From the NCBI GenBank assembly GCA_964016885.1, contig OZ024756.1:8680001-8744000 (forward strand): 64,000 bases of DNA. Direction: 5' to 3'. This DNA comes from Eledone cirrhosa (lineage: Eukaryota). A program made the position numbers and the translations under genes. Positions 13,001 to 27,739 of this stretch are shown here, piece by piece. The first letter of the stretch is position 1, and the number at the start of each line of letters is the position of its first letter. The notes beneath the pieces are model-generated. The model was not told the DNA's origin. It saw only the letters and a program-made list of their open reading frames with translations, and did not search any database.

Positions 13001-16000
13001 TCTTCTATATTCCAGAGGCTCATCTGTCTTCTATATTACAGTGTCTCAACTGTCTTCTATATTACAGTAATTCAACTGTCTTCTATACTACAGTGTCTCA
13101 ACTGTCTTCTATATTACAGTGTCTCAACTGTCTTCTATATTACAGTGTCTCAACTGTCTTCTATATTACAGTGTCTCGACTGTCTTCTATATTACAGTGG
13201 CTCAACTGTCTTCTATATTACAGTGTCTCAACTGTCTTCTATGTTACAGTGTCTCAACTGTCTTTTATATTACAGTGTCTCAACTGTCTTCTATATTACA
13301 GTGGCTCAACTGTCTTCTATATTACAGTGTCTCAACTGTCTTCTATATTATAGTAGTTCAACTGTCTTCTATATTACAGTGTCTCAACTGTCTTCTATAT
13401 TACAATGGCTCAACTGTCTTCTATACAACAGTGTCTCAACTGTCTTCTATATTACAGTGGCTCAACTGTCTTCTATATTACAGTGTCTCAACCGTCTTCT
13501 ATATTACAGTGTCTCAACTGTCTTCTATATTACAGTAACTCAACTGTCTTCTATAGTACAGTATCTCAACTGGTTCTATATTACAGTGTCTCAACTGTCT
13601 TCTATATTATAGTGTCTCAACTGTCTTCTATATTACAGTGTCTCAACTGTCTTCTATATTACAGTGGCTCAACTGTCTTCTATATTACAGTGTCTCAACT
13701 GTCTTCTATATTACAGTGTCTCAACTGTCTTCTATATTACAGTGTCTCAACCGTCTTCTATATTACAGTGTCTCAACTGTCTTCTATATTACAGTGTCTC
13801 AACTGTCTTCTATATTACAGTGTCTCAACTGTCTTTTATATTACAGTGTCTCAACTGTCTTCTATATTACAGTGGCTCAACTGTCTTCTATATTACAGTG
13901 TCTCAACTGTCTTCTATATTATAGTAGTTCAACTGTCTTCTATATTACAGTGTCTCAACTGTCTTCTATATTACAATGGCTCAACTGTCTTCTATACAAC
14001 AGTGTCTCAACTGTCTTCTATATTACAGTGGCTCAACTGTCTTCTATATTACAGTGTCTCAACCGTCTTCTATATTACAGTGTCTCAACTGTCTTCTATA
14101 TTACAGTAACTCAACTGTCTTCTATAGTACAGTATCTCAACTGGTTCTATATTACAGTGTCTCAACTGTCTTCTATATTACAGTGTCTCAACTGTCTTCT
14201 ATATTACAGTGTCTCAACTGTCTTCTATATTACAGTGGCTCAACTGTCTTCTATATTACAGTAGCTCAACTGTCTTCTATATTACAGTGTCTCAACTGTC
14301 TTCTATATTACAATGTCTCAACCGTCTTCTATATTACAGTGTCTCAACTGTCTTCTATACTACAGTGTCTCAACTGTCTTCTATATTACAGTGTCTCAAC
14401 TGTCTTCTATATTACAGTGTCTCAACTGTCTTCTATATTACAGTGTCTCAACTGTCTTCTATATTACAGTGGCTCAACTGTCTTTTATATTACAGTGTCT
14501 CGACTGTCTTCTATATTATAGTAGTTCAACTGTCTTCTATATTACAGTGTCTCAACTGTCTTCTATATTACAGTGTCTCAACTGTCTTCTATATTACAGT
14601 GGCCCCAACTGTCTTCTATATTACAGTGTCTCAACTGTCTTCTATATTACAGTAATTCAACTGTCTTCTATACTACAGTGTCTCAACTGTCTTCTATATT
14701 ACAGTGTCTCAACTGTCTTCTATATTACAGTGGCTCGTCTGTCTTCTATATTACAGTAGATCAACTGTCTTCTATATTACAGTGTCTCAACTGTCTTTTA
14801 TATTACAGTGTCTCAACTGTCTTCTATATTACAGTGTCTCAACTGTCTTTTATATTACAGTGTCTCAACTGTCTTCTATATTACAGTGTCTCAACTGTCT
14901 TCTGTATTACAGTGTCTCAACTGTTTTCTATACTACAGTGTCTCAACTGTCTTTTATATTACAGTGTCTCAACTGTCTTCTATATTACAGTGTCTCAACT
15001 GTCTTTTATATTACAGTGTCTCAACTGTCTTCTATATTACAGTGTCTCAACTGTCTTTTATATTACAGTGTCTCAACTGTCTTCTATATTACAGTGTCTC
15101 AACTGTCTTCTATATTACAGTGTCTCAACTGTCTTCTATATTACAGTGGCTCGTCTGTCTTCTATATTACAGTGTCTCAACTGTCTTCTATATTACAGTA
15201 ATTCAACTGTCTTCTATACTACAGTGTCTCAACTGTCTTCTATATTACAGTGTCTCAACTGTCTTCTATATTACAGTGTCTCAACTGTCTTCTATATTAC
15301 AGTGTCTCAACTGTCTTATATTTTACAGTGGCTCAACTGTCTTCTATATTACAGTGTCTCAACTGTCTTCTATATTACAGTAGATCAACTGTCTTCTATA
15401 TTACAGTAATTCAACTCTCTTCTATACTACAGTGTCTCAACTGTCTTCTATATTACAGTGTCTCAACTGTCTTCTATATTACAGTAGATCAACTGTCTTC
15501 TATATTACAGTGTCTCAATTGTCTTCTATATTACAGTGGCTCAACTGTCTTCTATATTACAGTGTCTCAACTGTCTTTTATATTACAGTGTCTCAACTGT
15601 CTTCTATATTACAGTGTCTCAACTGTCTTCTATATTACAGTGTCTCAACTGTCTTCTATATTACAGTGGCTCATCTGTCTTCTATATTACAGTGTCCCAA
15701 CTGTCTTCTATATTACAGTAATTCAACTGTCTTCTATACTACAGTGTCTCAACTGTCTTCTATATTACAGTATCTCAACTGTCTTCTATATTACAGTAGA
15801 TAAACTGTCTTCTATATTACAGTGTCTCAACTGTCTTTTATATTACAGTGTCTCAACTGTCTTCTATATTACAGTGGTTCAACTGTCTTCTATATTACAG
15901 TGTCTCAACTGTCTTCTATATTACAGTGGCTCAACTGTATTCTATATTACAGTGTCTCAACTATCTTCTATATTACAGTGTCTCGACTGTCTTCTACATT

Positions 16001-16700
16001 ACAGTGTCTCAACTGTCTTCTATATTACAGTGTCTCAACTGTCTTCTATATTCCAGAGGCTCATCTGTCTTCTATATTACAGTGTCTCAACTGTCTTCTA
16101 TATTACAGTAATTCAACTGTCTTCTATACTACAGTGTCTCAACTGTCTTCTATATTACAGTGTCTCAACTGTCTTCTATATTACAGTGTCTCAACTGTCT
16201 TCTATATTACAGTGTCTCGACTGTCTTCTATATTACAGTGGCTCAACTGTCTTCTATATTACAGTGTCTCAACTGTCTTCTATATTACAGTGTCTCAACT
16301 GTCTTTTATATTACAGTGTCTCAACTGTCTTCTATATTATAGTGGCTCAACTGTCTTCTATATTACAGTGTCTCAACTGTCTTCTATATTATAGTAGTTC
16401 AACTGTCTTCTATATTACAGTGTCTCAACTGTCTTCTATATTACAATGGCTCAACTGTCTTCTATACAACAGTGTCTCAACTGTCTTCTATATTACAGTG
16501 GCTCAACTGTCTTCTATATTACAGTGTCTCAACCGTCTTCTATATTACAGTGTCTCAACTGTCTTCTATATTACAGTAACTCAACTGTCTTCTATAGTAC
16601 AGTATCTCAACTGGTTCTATATTACAGTGTCTCAACTGTCTTCTATATTACAGTGTCTCAACTGTCTTCTATATTACAGTGTCTCAACTGTCTTCTATAT
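10040..16700. repeat. Three copies of a block of about 1.1-1.3 kb (about 10040-11340, 12480-13600, 15400-16700; offsets 2314 and 5355)
   Basis: ORF sets 10181/12495/15536, 10467/12781/15822, 10493/12807/15848, 11091/13405/16446. Shared rare monomers GTAGATAAAC, TTCCAGAGGCTCATC, GTGTCCCAAC, and CTGGTT at 11256/13570/16611. Confidence 0.9.
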
Positions 16701-19700
16701 TACAGTGTCTCAACTGTCTTCTATATTACAGTGTCTCAACTGTCTTCTATATTACAGTGTCTCAACTGTCTTCTATATTACAGTGTCTCAACCGTCTTCT
16801 ATATTACAGTGTCTCAACTGTCTTCTATACTACAGTGTCTCAACTGTCTTCTATATTACAGTGTCTCAACTGTCTTCTATATTCCAGTGTCTCAACTGTC
16901 TTCTATATTACAGTGTCTCAACTGTCTTCTATATTACAGTAGATCAACTGTCTTCTATATTACAGTGTCTCAACTGTCTTTTATATTATAGTGTCTCAAA
17001 TGTCTTCTATATTACAGTGGCTCAACTGTCTTTTATATTACAGTGTCTCGACTGTCTTCTATATTACAGTAATTCAACTGTCTTCTATACTACAGTGTCT
17101 CAACTGTCTTCTATATTACAGTAATTCAACTGTCTTCTATATTACAGTGTCTCAACTGTTTTCTATATTACAGTAGATCAACTGTCTTCTATATTACAGT
17201 GTCTCAACTGTCTTTTATATTACAGTGTCTCAACTGTCTTCTATATTACAGTGTCTCAACTGTCTTTTATATTACAGTGTCTCAACTGTCTTCTATATTA
17301 CAGTGTCTCAACTGTCTTCTATATTACAGTGTCTCAACTGTTTTCTATACTACAGTGTCTCAACTGTCTTTTATATTACAGTGTCTCAACTGTCTTCTAT
17401 ATTACAGTGTCTCAACTGTCTTTTATATTACAGTGTCTCAACTGTCTTCTATATTACAGTGTCTCAACTGTCTTTTATATTACAGTGTCTCAACTGTCTT
17501 CTATATTACAGTGTCTCAACTGTCTTCTATATTACAGTGTCTCAACTGTCTTCTATATTACAGTGGCTCATCTGTCTTCTATATTACAGTGTCTCAACTG
17601 TCTTCTATATTACAGTAATTCAACTGTCTTCTATACTACAGTGTCTCAACTGTCTTCTATATTACAGTGTCTCAACTGTCTTCTATATTACAGTGTCTCA
17701 ACTGTCTTATATTTTACAGTGGCTCAACTGTCTTCTATATTACAGTTTCTCAACTGTCTTCTATATGACAGTGTCTCAACAGCCTTCTATATTACAGTGT
17801 CTCAACTGTCTTCTATACTACAGTGTCTCAACTGTCTTCTATATTACAGTGTCTCAACTGTCTTCTATACTAAAGTGTCTCAACTGTCTTCTATATTACA
17901 GTGTCTCAACTGTCTTATATATTACAGTGGCTCAACTGTCTTCTATATTACAGTGTCTCAACTGTCTTCTATACTACAGTGTCTCAACTGTCTTCTATAT
18001 TACAGTGTCTCAACTGTCTTATATATTACAGTGGTTCAACTGTCTTCTATATTACAGTGTCTCAACTGTCTTCTATATTACAGTAATTCAACTGTCTTAT
18101 ATACTACAGTGTCTCAACTGTCTTTTATATTACAGTGTCTCAACTGTCTTCTATATTACAGTGTCTCAACTGTCTTATATATTACAGTGGCTCAACTGTC
18201 TTCTATATTACAGTGTCTCAACTGTCTTCTATACTACAGTGTCTCAACTGTCTTCTATATTACAGTGTCTCAACTGTCTTATATATTACAGTGGTTCAAC
18301 TGTCTTCTATATTACAGTGTGTCAACTGTCTTCTATATTACAGTAGATCAACTGTCTTCTATATTACAGTGTCTCAACTGTCTTTTATATTACAGTGTCT
18401 CAACAGTCTTCTATATTACAGTGGCTCAACTGTCTTCTATATTACAGTCTGTCAACTGTCTTCTATATTACAGTGTCTCAACTGTCTTCTATACAACAGT
18501 GTCTCAACTGTTTTCTATATTACAGTGTCTCAACTGTCTTCTATATTACAGTGTCTCAACTGTCTTCTATATTACAGTAGTTCAACTGTCTTCTATATTA
18601 CAGTGTCTCAACTGTCTTCTATATTACAGTGTCTCAACTGTCTTCTATACTACAGTGTCTCAACTGTCTTCTATATTACAGTAATTCAACTGTCTTCTAT
18701 ATTACAGTGTCTCAACTGTCTTCTATATTACAGTAGATCAACTGTCTTCTATATTACAGTGTCTCAACTGTCTTCTATATTACAGTGTCTCAACTGTCTT
18801 CTATATTACAGTGTCTCAACTGTCTTCTATATTACAGTAGTTCAACTGTCTTCTATATTACAGTGTCTCAACTGTCTTCTATATTACAGTGTCTCGACTG
18901 TCTTCTATATTACAGTAGTTCAACTGTCTTCTATATTACAGTGTCTCAACTGTCTTCTATATTACAGTGTCTCAACTGTCTTCTATATTACAGTGTCTCA
19001 ACTGTCTTCTATATTACAGTAGTTCAACTGTCTTCTATATTACAGTGTCTCAACTGTCTTCTATATTACAGTGTCTCAACTGTCTTCTATACTACAGTGT
19101 CTCAACTGTCTTCTATATTACAGTAATTCAACTGTCTTCTATATTACAGTGTCTCAACTGTCTTCTATATTACAGTGTCTCAACTGTCTTCTATATTACA
19201 GTGTCTCAACTGTCTTCTATATTACAGTAGTTCAACTGTCTTCTATATTACAGTGTCTCAACTGTCTTCTATATTACAGTGTCTCAACTGTCTTCTATAT
19301 TACAGTGGCCCCAACTGTCTTCTATATTACAGTGTCTCAACTGTCTTCTATATTACAGTAATTCAACTGTCTTCTATACTACAGTGTCTCAACTGTCTTC
19401 TATATTACAGTAATTCAACTGTCTTCTATATTACAGTGTCTCAACTGTCTTCTATATTACAGTAGATCAACTGTCTTCTATATTACAGTGTCTCAACTGT
19501 CTTTTATATTACAGTGTCTCAACTGTCTTCTATATTACAGTGTCTCAACTGTCTTTTATATTACAGTGTCTCAACTGTCTTCTATATTACAGTGTCTCAA
19601 CTGTCTTCTATATTACAGTGTCTCAAGTGATTTCTATACTACAGTGTCTCAACTGTCTTTTATATTACAGTGTCTCAACTGTCTTCTATATTACAGTGTC

Positions 19701-22700
19701 TCAACTGTCTTTTATATTACAGTGTCTCAACTGTCTTCTATATTACAGTGTCTCAACTGTCTTTTATATTACAGTGTCTCAACTGTCTTCTATACTACAG
19801 TGTCTCAACTGTCTTCTATATTACAGTGTCTCAACTGTCTTATATATTACAGTGGTTCAACTGTCTTCTATATTACAGTGTCTCAACTGTCTTCTATATT
19901 ACAGTAATTCAACTGTCTTATATACTACAGTGTCTCAACTGTCTTCTATATTACAGTGTGTCAACTGTCTTCTATATTACAGTAGATCAACTGTCTTCTA
20001 TATTACAGTGTCTCAACTGTCTTCTATATTACAGTAGATCAACTGTCTTCTATATTACAGTGTCTCAACTGTCTTTTATATTATAGTGTCTCAAATGTCT
20101 TCTATATTACAGTGGCTCAACTGTCTTTTATATTACAGTGTCTCGACTGTCTTCTATATTATAGTAGTTCAACTGTCTTCTATATTACAGTGTCTCAACT
20201 GTCTTCTATATTACAGTGTCTCAACTGTCTTCTATATTACAGTGGCCCCAACTGTCTTCTATATTACAGTGTCTCAACTGTCTTCTATATTACAGTAATT
20301 CAACTGTCTTCTATACTACAGTGTCTCAACTGTCTTCTATATTACAGTAATTCAACTGTCTTCTATATTACAGTGTCTCAACTGTTTTCTATATTACAGT
20401 AGATCAACTGTCTTCTATATTACAGTGTCTCAACTGTCTTTTATATTACAGTGTCTCAACTGTCTTCTATATTACAGTGTCTCAACTGTCTTTTATATTA
20501 CAGTGTCTCAACTGTCTTCTATATTACAGTGTCTCAACTGTCTTCTATATTACAGTGTCTCAACTGTTTTCTATACTACAGTGTCTCAACTGTCTTTTAT
20601 ATTACAGTGTCTCAACTGTCTTCTATATTACAGTGTCTCAACTGTCTTTTATATTACAGTGTCTCAACTGTCTTCTATATTACAGTGTCTCAACTGTCTT
20701 TTATATTACAGTGTCTCAACTGTCTTCTATATTACAGTGTCTCAACTGTCTTCTATATTACAGTGTCTCAACTGTCTTCTATATTACAGTGGCTCATCTG
20801 TCTTCTATATTACAGTGTCTCAACTGTCTTCTATATTACAGTAGTTCAACTGTCTTCTATACTACAGTGTCTCAACTGTCTTCTATATTACAGTGTCTCA
20901 ACTGTCTTCTATATTACAGTGTCTCAACTGTCTTCTATATTACAGTGTCTCAACTGTCTTATATTTTACAGTGGCTCAACTGTCTTCTATATTACAGTTT
21001 CTCAACTGTCTTCTATATGACAGTGTCTCAACAGCCTTCTATATTACAGTGTCTCAACTGTCTTCTATACTACAGTGTCTCAACTGTCTTCTATATTACA
21101 GTGTCTCAACTGTCTTCTATACTACAGTGTCTCAACTGTCTTCTATATTACAGTGTCTCAACTGTCTTATATATTACAGTGGCTCAACTGTCTTCTATAT
21201 TACAGTGTCTCAACTGTCTTCTATACTACAGTGTCTCAACTGTCTTCTATATTACAGTGTCTCAACTGTCTTATATATTACAGTGGTTCAACTGTCTTCT
21301 ATATTACAGTGTCTCAACTGTCTTCTATATTACAGTAATTCAACTGTCTTATATACTACAGTGTCTCAACTGTCTTCTATATTACAGTGTGTCAACTGTC
21401 TTCTATATTACAGTAGATCAACTGTCTTCTATATTACAGTGTCTCAACTGTCTTTTATATTACAGTGTCTCAACAGTCTTCTATATTACAGTGGCTCAAC
21501 TGTCTTCTATATTACAGTCTGTCAACTGTCTTCTATATTACAGTGTCTCAACTGTCTTTTATACAACAGTGTCTCAACTGTCTTCTATATTACAGTGTCT
21601 CAACTGTCTTCTATATTACAGTGTCTCAACTGTCTTCTATATTACAGTAGTTCAACTGTCTTCTATATTACAGTGTCTCAACTGTCTTCTATATTACAGT
21701 GTCACAACTGTCTTCTATATTATAGTAGTTCAACTGTCTTCTATATTACAGTAGATAAACTGTCTTCTATACAACAGTGTCTCAACTGTCTTCTATATTA
21801 CAGTGTCTCATCTGTCTTCTATATTGCAGTGTCTCAACTGTCTTCTATATTACAGTAATTCAACTGTCTTCTATACTACAGTGTCTCAACTGTCTTCTAT
21901 ATTACAGTAATTCAACTGTCTTCTATATTACAGTGTCTCAACTGTCTTCTATATTACAGTAGATCAACTGTCTTCTATATTACAGTGTCTCAACTGTCTT
22001 CTATATTACAGTGTCTCAACTGTCTTCTATATTACAGTGTCTCAACTGTCTTCTATATTACAGTAGTTCAACTGTCTTCTATATTACAGTGTCTCAACTG
22101 TCTTCTATATTACAGTGTCTCGACTGTCTTCTATATTATAGTAGTTCAACTGTCTTCTATATTACAGTGTCTCAACTGTCTTCTATATTACAGTGTCTCA
22201 ACTGTCTTCTATATTACAGTGGCCCCAACTGTCTTCTATATTACAGTGTCTCAACTGTCTTCTATATTACAGTAATTCAACTGTCTTCTATACTACAGTG
22301 TCTCAACTGTCTTCTATATTACAGTAATTCAACTGTCTTCTATATTACAGTGTCTCAACTGTCTTCTATATTACAGTAGATCAACTGTCTTCTATATTAC
22401 AGTGTCTCAACTGTCTTTTATATTACAGTGTCTCAACTGTCTTCTATATTACAGTGTCTCAACTGTCTTTTATATTACAGTGTCTCAACTGTCTTCTATA
22501 TTACAGTGTCTCAACTGTCTTCTATATTACAGTGTCTCAACTGTTTTCTATACTACAGTGTCTCAACTGTCTTTTATATTACAGTGTCTCAACTGTCTTC
22601 TATATTACAGTGTCTCAACTGTCTTTTATATTACAGTGTCTCAACTGTCTTCTATATTACAGTGTCTCAACTGTCTTTTATATTACAGTCTCTCAACTGT

Positions 22701-23389
22701 CTTCTATATTACAGTGTCTCAACTGTCTTCTATATTACAGTGTCTCAACTGCCTTCTATATTACAGTGGCTCATCTGTCTTCTATATTACAGTGTCTCAA
22801 CTGTCTTCTATATTACAGTAATTCAACTGTCTTCTATACTACAGTGTCTCAACTGTCTTCTATATTACAGTGTCTCAACTGTCTTCTATATTACAGTGTC
22901 TCAACTGTCTTCTATATTACAGTGTCTCAACTGTCTTATATTTTACAATGGCTCAACTGTCTTCTATATTACAGTTTCTCAACTGTCTTCTATATGACAG
23001 TGTCTCAACAGCCTTCTATATTACAGTGTCTCAACTGTCTTCTATACTACAGTGTCTCAACTGTCTTCTATATTACAGTGTCTCAACTGTCTTCTATACT
23101 ACAGTGTCTCAACTGTCTTCTATATTACAGTGTCTGAACTGTCTTATATATTACAGTGGCTCAACTGTCTTCTATACTACAGTGTCTCAACTGTCTTCTA
23201 TATTACAGCGTCTCAACTGTCTTATATATTACAGTGGTTCAACTGTCTTCTATATTACAGTGTCTCAACTGTCTTCTATATTACAGTAATTCAACTGTCT
23301 TATATACTACAGTGTCTCAACTGTCTTCTATATTACAGTGTGTCAACTGTCTTCTATATTACAGTAGATCAACTGTCTTCTATATTACA

Positions 23390-26300
23390 GTGTCTCAACT
23401 GTCTTTTATATTACAGTGTCTCAACAGTCTTCTATAATACAGTGGCTCAACTGTCTTCTATATTACAGTCTGTCAACTGTCTTCTATATTACAGTGTCTC
23501 AACTGTCTTCTATACAACAGTGTCTCAACTGTCTTCTATATTACAGTGTCTCAACTGTCTTCTATATTACAGTGTCTCAACTGTCTTCTATATTACAGTA
23601 GTTCAACTGTCTTCTATATTACAGTGTCTCAACTGTCTTCTATATTACAGTGTCTCAACTGTCTTCTATATTACAGTGTCTCAACTGTCTTCTATATTAC
23701 AGTGGCTCAACTGTCTTCTATATTACAGTGTCTCAACTGTGTTCTATATTACAGTAATTCAACTGTCTTCTATACTACAGTGTCTCAACTGTCTTCTATA
23801 TTACAGTAATTCAACTGTCTTCTATATTACAGTGTCTCAACTGTCTTCTATATTACAGTAGATCAACTGTCTTCTATATTACAGTAATTCAACTCTCTTC
23901 TATACTACAGTGTCTCAACTGTCTTCTATATTACAGTGTCTCAACTGTCTTCTATATTACAGTAGTTCAACTGTCTTCTATATTACAGTGTCTCAACTGT
24001 CTTCTATATTACAGTGTCTCAACTGTCTTCTATATTACAGTGGCTCAACTGTCTTCTATATTACAGTGTCTCAACTGTCTTCTATATTATAGTAGTTCAA
24101 CTGTCTTCTATATTACAGTGTCTCAACTGTCTTCTATATTACAATGGCTCAACTGTCTTCTATACAACAGTGTCTCAACTGTCTTCTATATTACAGTGGC
24201 TCAACTGTCTTCTATATTACAGTGTCTCAACCGTCTTCTATATTACAGTGTCTCAACTGTCTTCTATATTACAGTAACTCAACTGTCTTCTATAGTACAG
24301 TATCTCAACTGGTTCTATATTACAGTGTCTCAACTGTCTTCTATATTACAGTGTCTCAACTGTCTTCTATATTACAGTGTCTCAACTGTCTTCTATATTA
24401 CAGTGGCTCAACTGTCTTCTATATTACAGTGTCTCAACTGTCTTCTATATTACAGTGTCTCAACTGTCTTCTATATTACAGTGGCTCAACTGTCTTCTAT
24501 ATTACAGTGTCTCAACTGTCTTCTATATTACAGTGTCTCAACTGTCTTCTATATTACAGTAGCTCAACTTTCTTCTATACTACAGTGTCTCAATTGTCTT
24601 CTATATTACAGTGTCTCAACTGTCTTCTATACTACAGTGTCTCAACTGTCTTATATATTACAGTGGCTCAACTGTCTTATATATTACAGTGTCTCAACTG
24701 TCTTCTATATTACAGTGTCTCAACTGTCTTCTATATTACAGTGGCTCAACTATCTTCTATATTACAGTGTCTCAACCGTCTTCTATATTACAGTGTCTCA
24801 ACTGTCTTCTATACTACAGTGTCTCAACTGTCTTCTATATTACAGTGTCTCAACTGTCTTCTATATTCCAGTGTCTCAACTGTCTTCTATATTACAGTGT
24901 CTCAACTGTCTTCTATATTACAGTAGATCAACTGTCTTCTATATTACAGTGTCTCAACTGTCTTTTATATTATAGTGTCTCAAATGTCTTCTATATTACA
25001 GTGGCTCAACTGTCTTTTATATTACAGTGTCTCGACTGTCTTCTATATTATAGTAGTTCAACTGTCTTCTATATTACAGTGTCTCAACTGTCTTCTATAT
25101 TACAGTGTCTCAACTGTCTTCTATATTACAGTGGCCCCAACTGTCTTCTATATTACAGTGTCTCAACTGTCTTCTATATTACAGTAATTCAACTGTCTTC
25201 TATATTACAGTGTCTCAACTGTCTTCTATATTACAGTAGATCAACTGTCTTCTATATTACAGTGTCTCAACTGTCTTTTATATTACAGTGTCTCAACTGT
25301 CTTCTATATTACAGTGTCTCAACTGTCTTTTATATTACAGTGTCTCAACTGTCTTCTATATTACAGTGTCTCAACTGTCTTTTATATTACAGTGTCTCAA
25401 CTGTCTTCTATATTACAGTGTCTCAACTGTCTTTTATATTACTGTGTCTCAACTGTCTTCTATATTACAGTGTCTCAACTGTATTCTATATTACAGTGTC
25501 TCAACTGTCTTCTATATTACAGTGTCTCAACTGTCTTCTATATTACAGTGTCTCAACTGTTTTCTATACTACAGTGTCTCAACTGTCTTCTATATTACAG
25601 TGTCTCAACTGTCTTTTATATTACAGTGTCTCAACAGTCTTCTATAATACAGTGGCTCAACTGTCTTCTATATTACAGTCTGTCAACTGTCTTCTATATT
25701 ACAGTGTCTCAACTGTCTTCTATACAACAGTGTCTCAACTGTCTTCTATATTACAGTGTCTCAACTGTCTTCTATATTACAGTGTCTCAACTGTCTTCTA
25801 TATTACAGTAGTTCAACTGTCTTCTATATTACAGTGTCTCAACTGTCTTCTATATTACAGTGTCTCAACTGTCTTCTATATTACAGTGTCTCAACTGTCT
25901 TCTATATTACAGTGGCTCAACTGTCTTCTATATTACAGTGTCTCAACTGTGTTCTATATTACAGTAATTCAACTGTCTTCTATACTACAGTGTCTCAACT
26001 GTCTTCTATATTACAGTAATTCAACTGTCTTCTATATTACAGTGTCTCAACTGTCTTCTATATTACAGTAGATCAACTGTCTTCTATATTACAGTAATTC
26101 AACTCTCTTCTATACTACAGTGTCTCAACTGTCTTCTATATTACAGTGTCTCAACTGTCTTCTATATTACAGTAGTTCAACTGTCTTCTATATTACAGTG
26201 TCTCAACTGTCTTCTATATTACAGTGTCTCAACTGTCTTCTATATTACAGTGGCTCAACTGTCTTCTATATTACAGTGTCTCAACTGTCTTCTATATTAT

Positions 26301-27720
26301 AGTAGTTCAACTGTCTTCTATATTACAGTGTCTCAACTGTCTTCTATATTACAATGGCTCAACTGTCTTCTATACAACAGTGTCTCAACTGTCTTCTATA
26401 TTACAGTGGCTCAACTGTCTTCTATATTACAGTGTCTCAACCGTCTTCTATATTACAGTGTCTCAACTGTCTTCTATATTACAGTAACTCAACTGTCTTC
26501 TATAGTACAGTATCTCAACTGGTTCTATATTACAGTGTCTCAACTGTCTTCTATATTACAGTGTCTCAACTGTCTTCTATATTACAGTGTCTCAACTGTC
26601 TTCTATATTACAGTGGCTCAACTGTCTTCTATATTACAGTGTCTCAACTGTCTTCTATATTACAGTGTCTCAACTGTCTTCTATATTACAGTGGCTCAAC
26701 TGTCTTCTATATTACAGTGTCTCAACTGTCTTCTATATTACAGTGTCTCAACTGTCTTCTATATTACAGTAGCTCAACTTTCTTCTATACTACAGTGTCT
26801 CAATTGTCTTCTATATTACAGTGTCTCAACTGTCTTCTATACTACAGTGTCTCAACTGTCTTATATATTACAGTGGCTCAACTGTCTTATATATTACAGT
26901 GTCTCAACTGTCTTCTATATTACAGTGTCTCAACTGTCTTCTATATTACAGTGGCTCAACTATCTTCTATATTACAGTGTCTCAACCGTCTTCTATATTA
27001 CAGTGTCTCAACTGTCTTCTATACTACAGTGTCTCAACTGTCTTCTATATTACAGTGTCTCAACTGTCTTCTATATTCCAGTGTCTCAACTGTCTTCTAT
27101 ATTACAGTGTCTCAACTGTCTTCTATATTACAGTAGATCAACTGTCTTCTATATTACAGTGTCTCAACTGTCTTTTATATTATAGTGTCTCAAATGTCTT
27201 CTATATTACAGTGGCTCAACTGTCTTTTATATTACAGTGTCTCGACTGTCTTCTATATTATAGTAGTTCAACTGTCTTCTATATTACAGTGTCTCAACTG
27301 TCTTCTATATTACAGTGTCTCAACTGTCTTCTATATTACAGTGGCTCCAACTGTCTTCTATATTACAGTGTCTCAACTGTCTTCTATATTACAGTAATTC
27401 AACTGTCTTCTATATTACAGTGTCTCAACTGTCTTCTATATTACAGTAGATCAACTGTCTTCTATATTACAGTGTCTCAACTGTCTTTTATATTACAGTG
27501 TCTCAACTGTCTTCTATATTACAGTGTCTCAACTGTCTTTTATATTACAGTGTCTCAACTGTCTTCTATATTACAGTGTCTCAACTGTCTTTTATATTAC
27601 AGTGTCTCAACTGTCTTCTATATTACAGTGTCTCAACTGTCTTTTATATTACTGTGTCTCAACTGTCTTCTATATTACAGTGTCTCAACTGTATTCTATA
27701 TTACAGTGTCTCAACTGTCT
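23390..27720. repeat. Near-perfect tandem duplication of a 2210-bp unit (85 monomers)
   Basis: Ten ORF pairs are offset exactly 2210 (e.g. 23546/25756, 24040/26250, 24611/26821, 25314/27524). CTGGTT is at 24309/26519. One visible difference is GGCCCCA (25133) versus GGCTCCA (27343). Confidence 0.93.
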
Positions 27721-27739
27721 TCTATATTACAGTGGCTCA

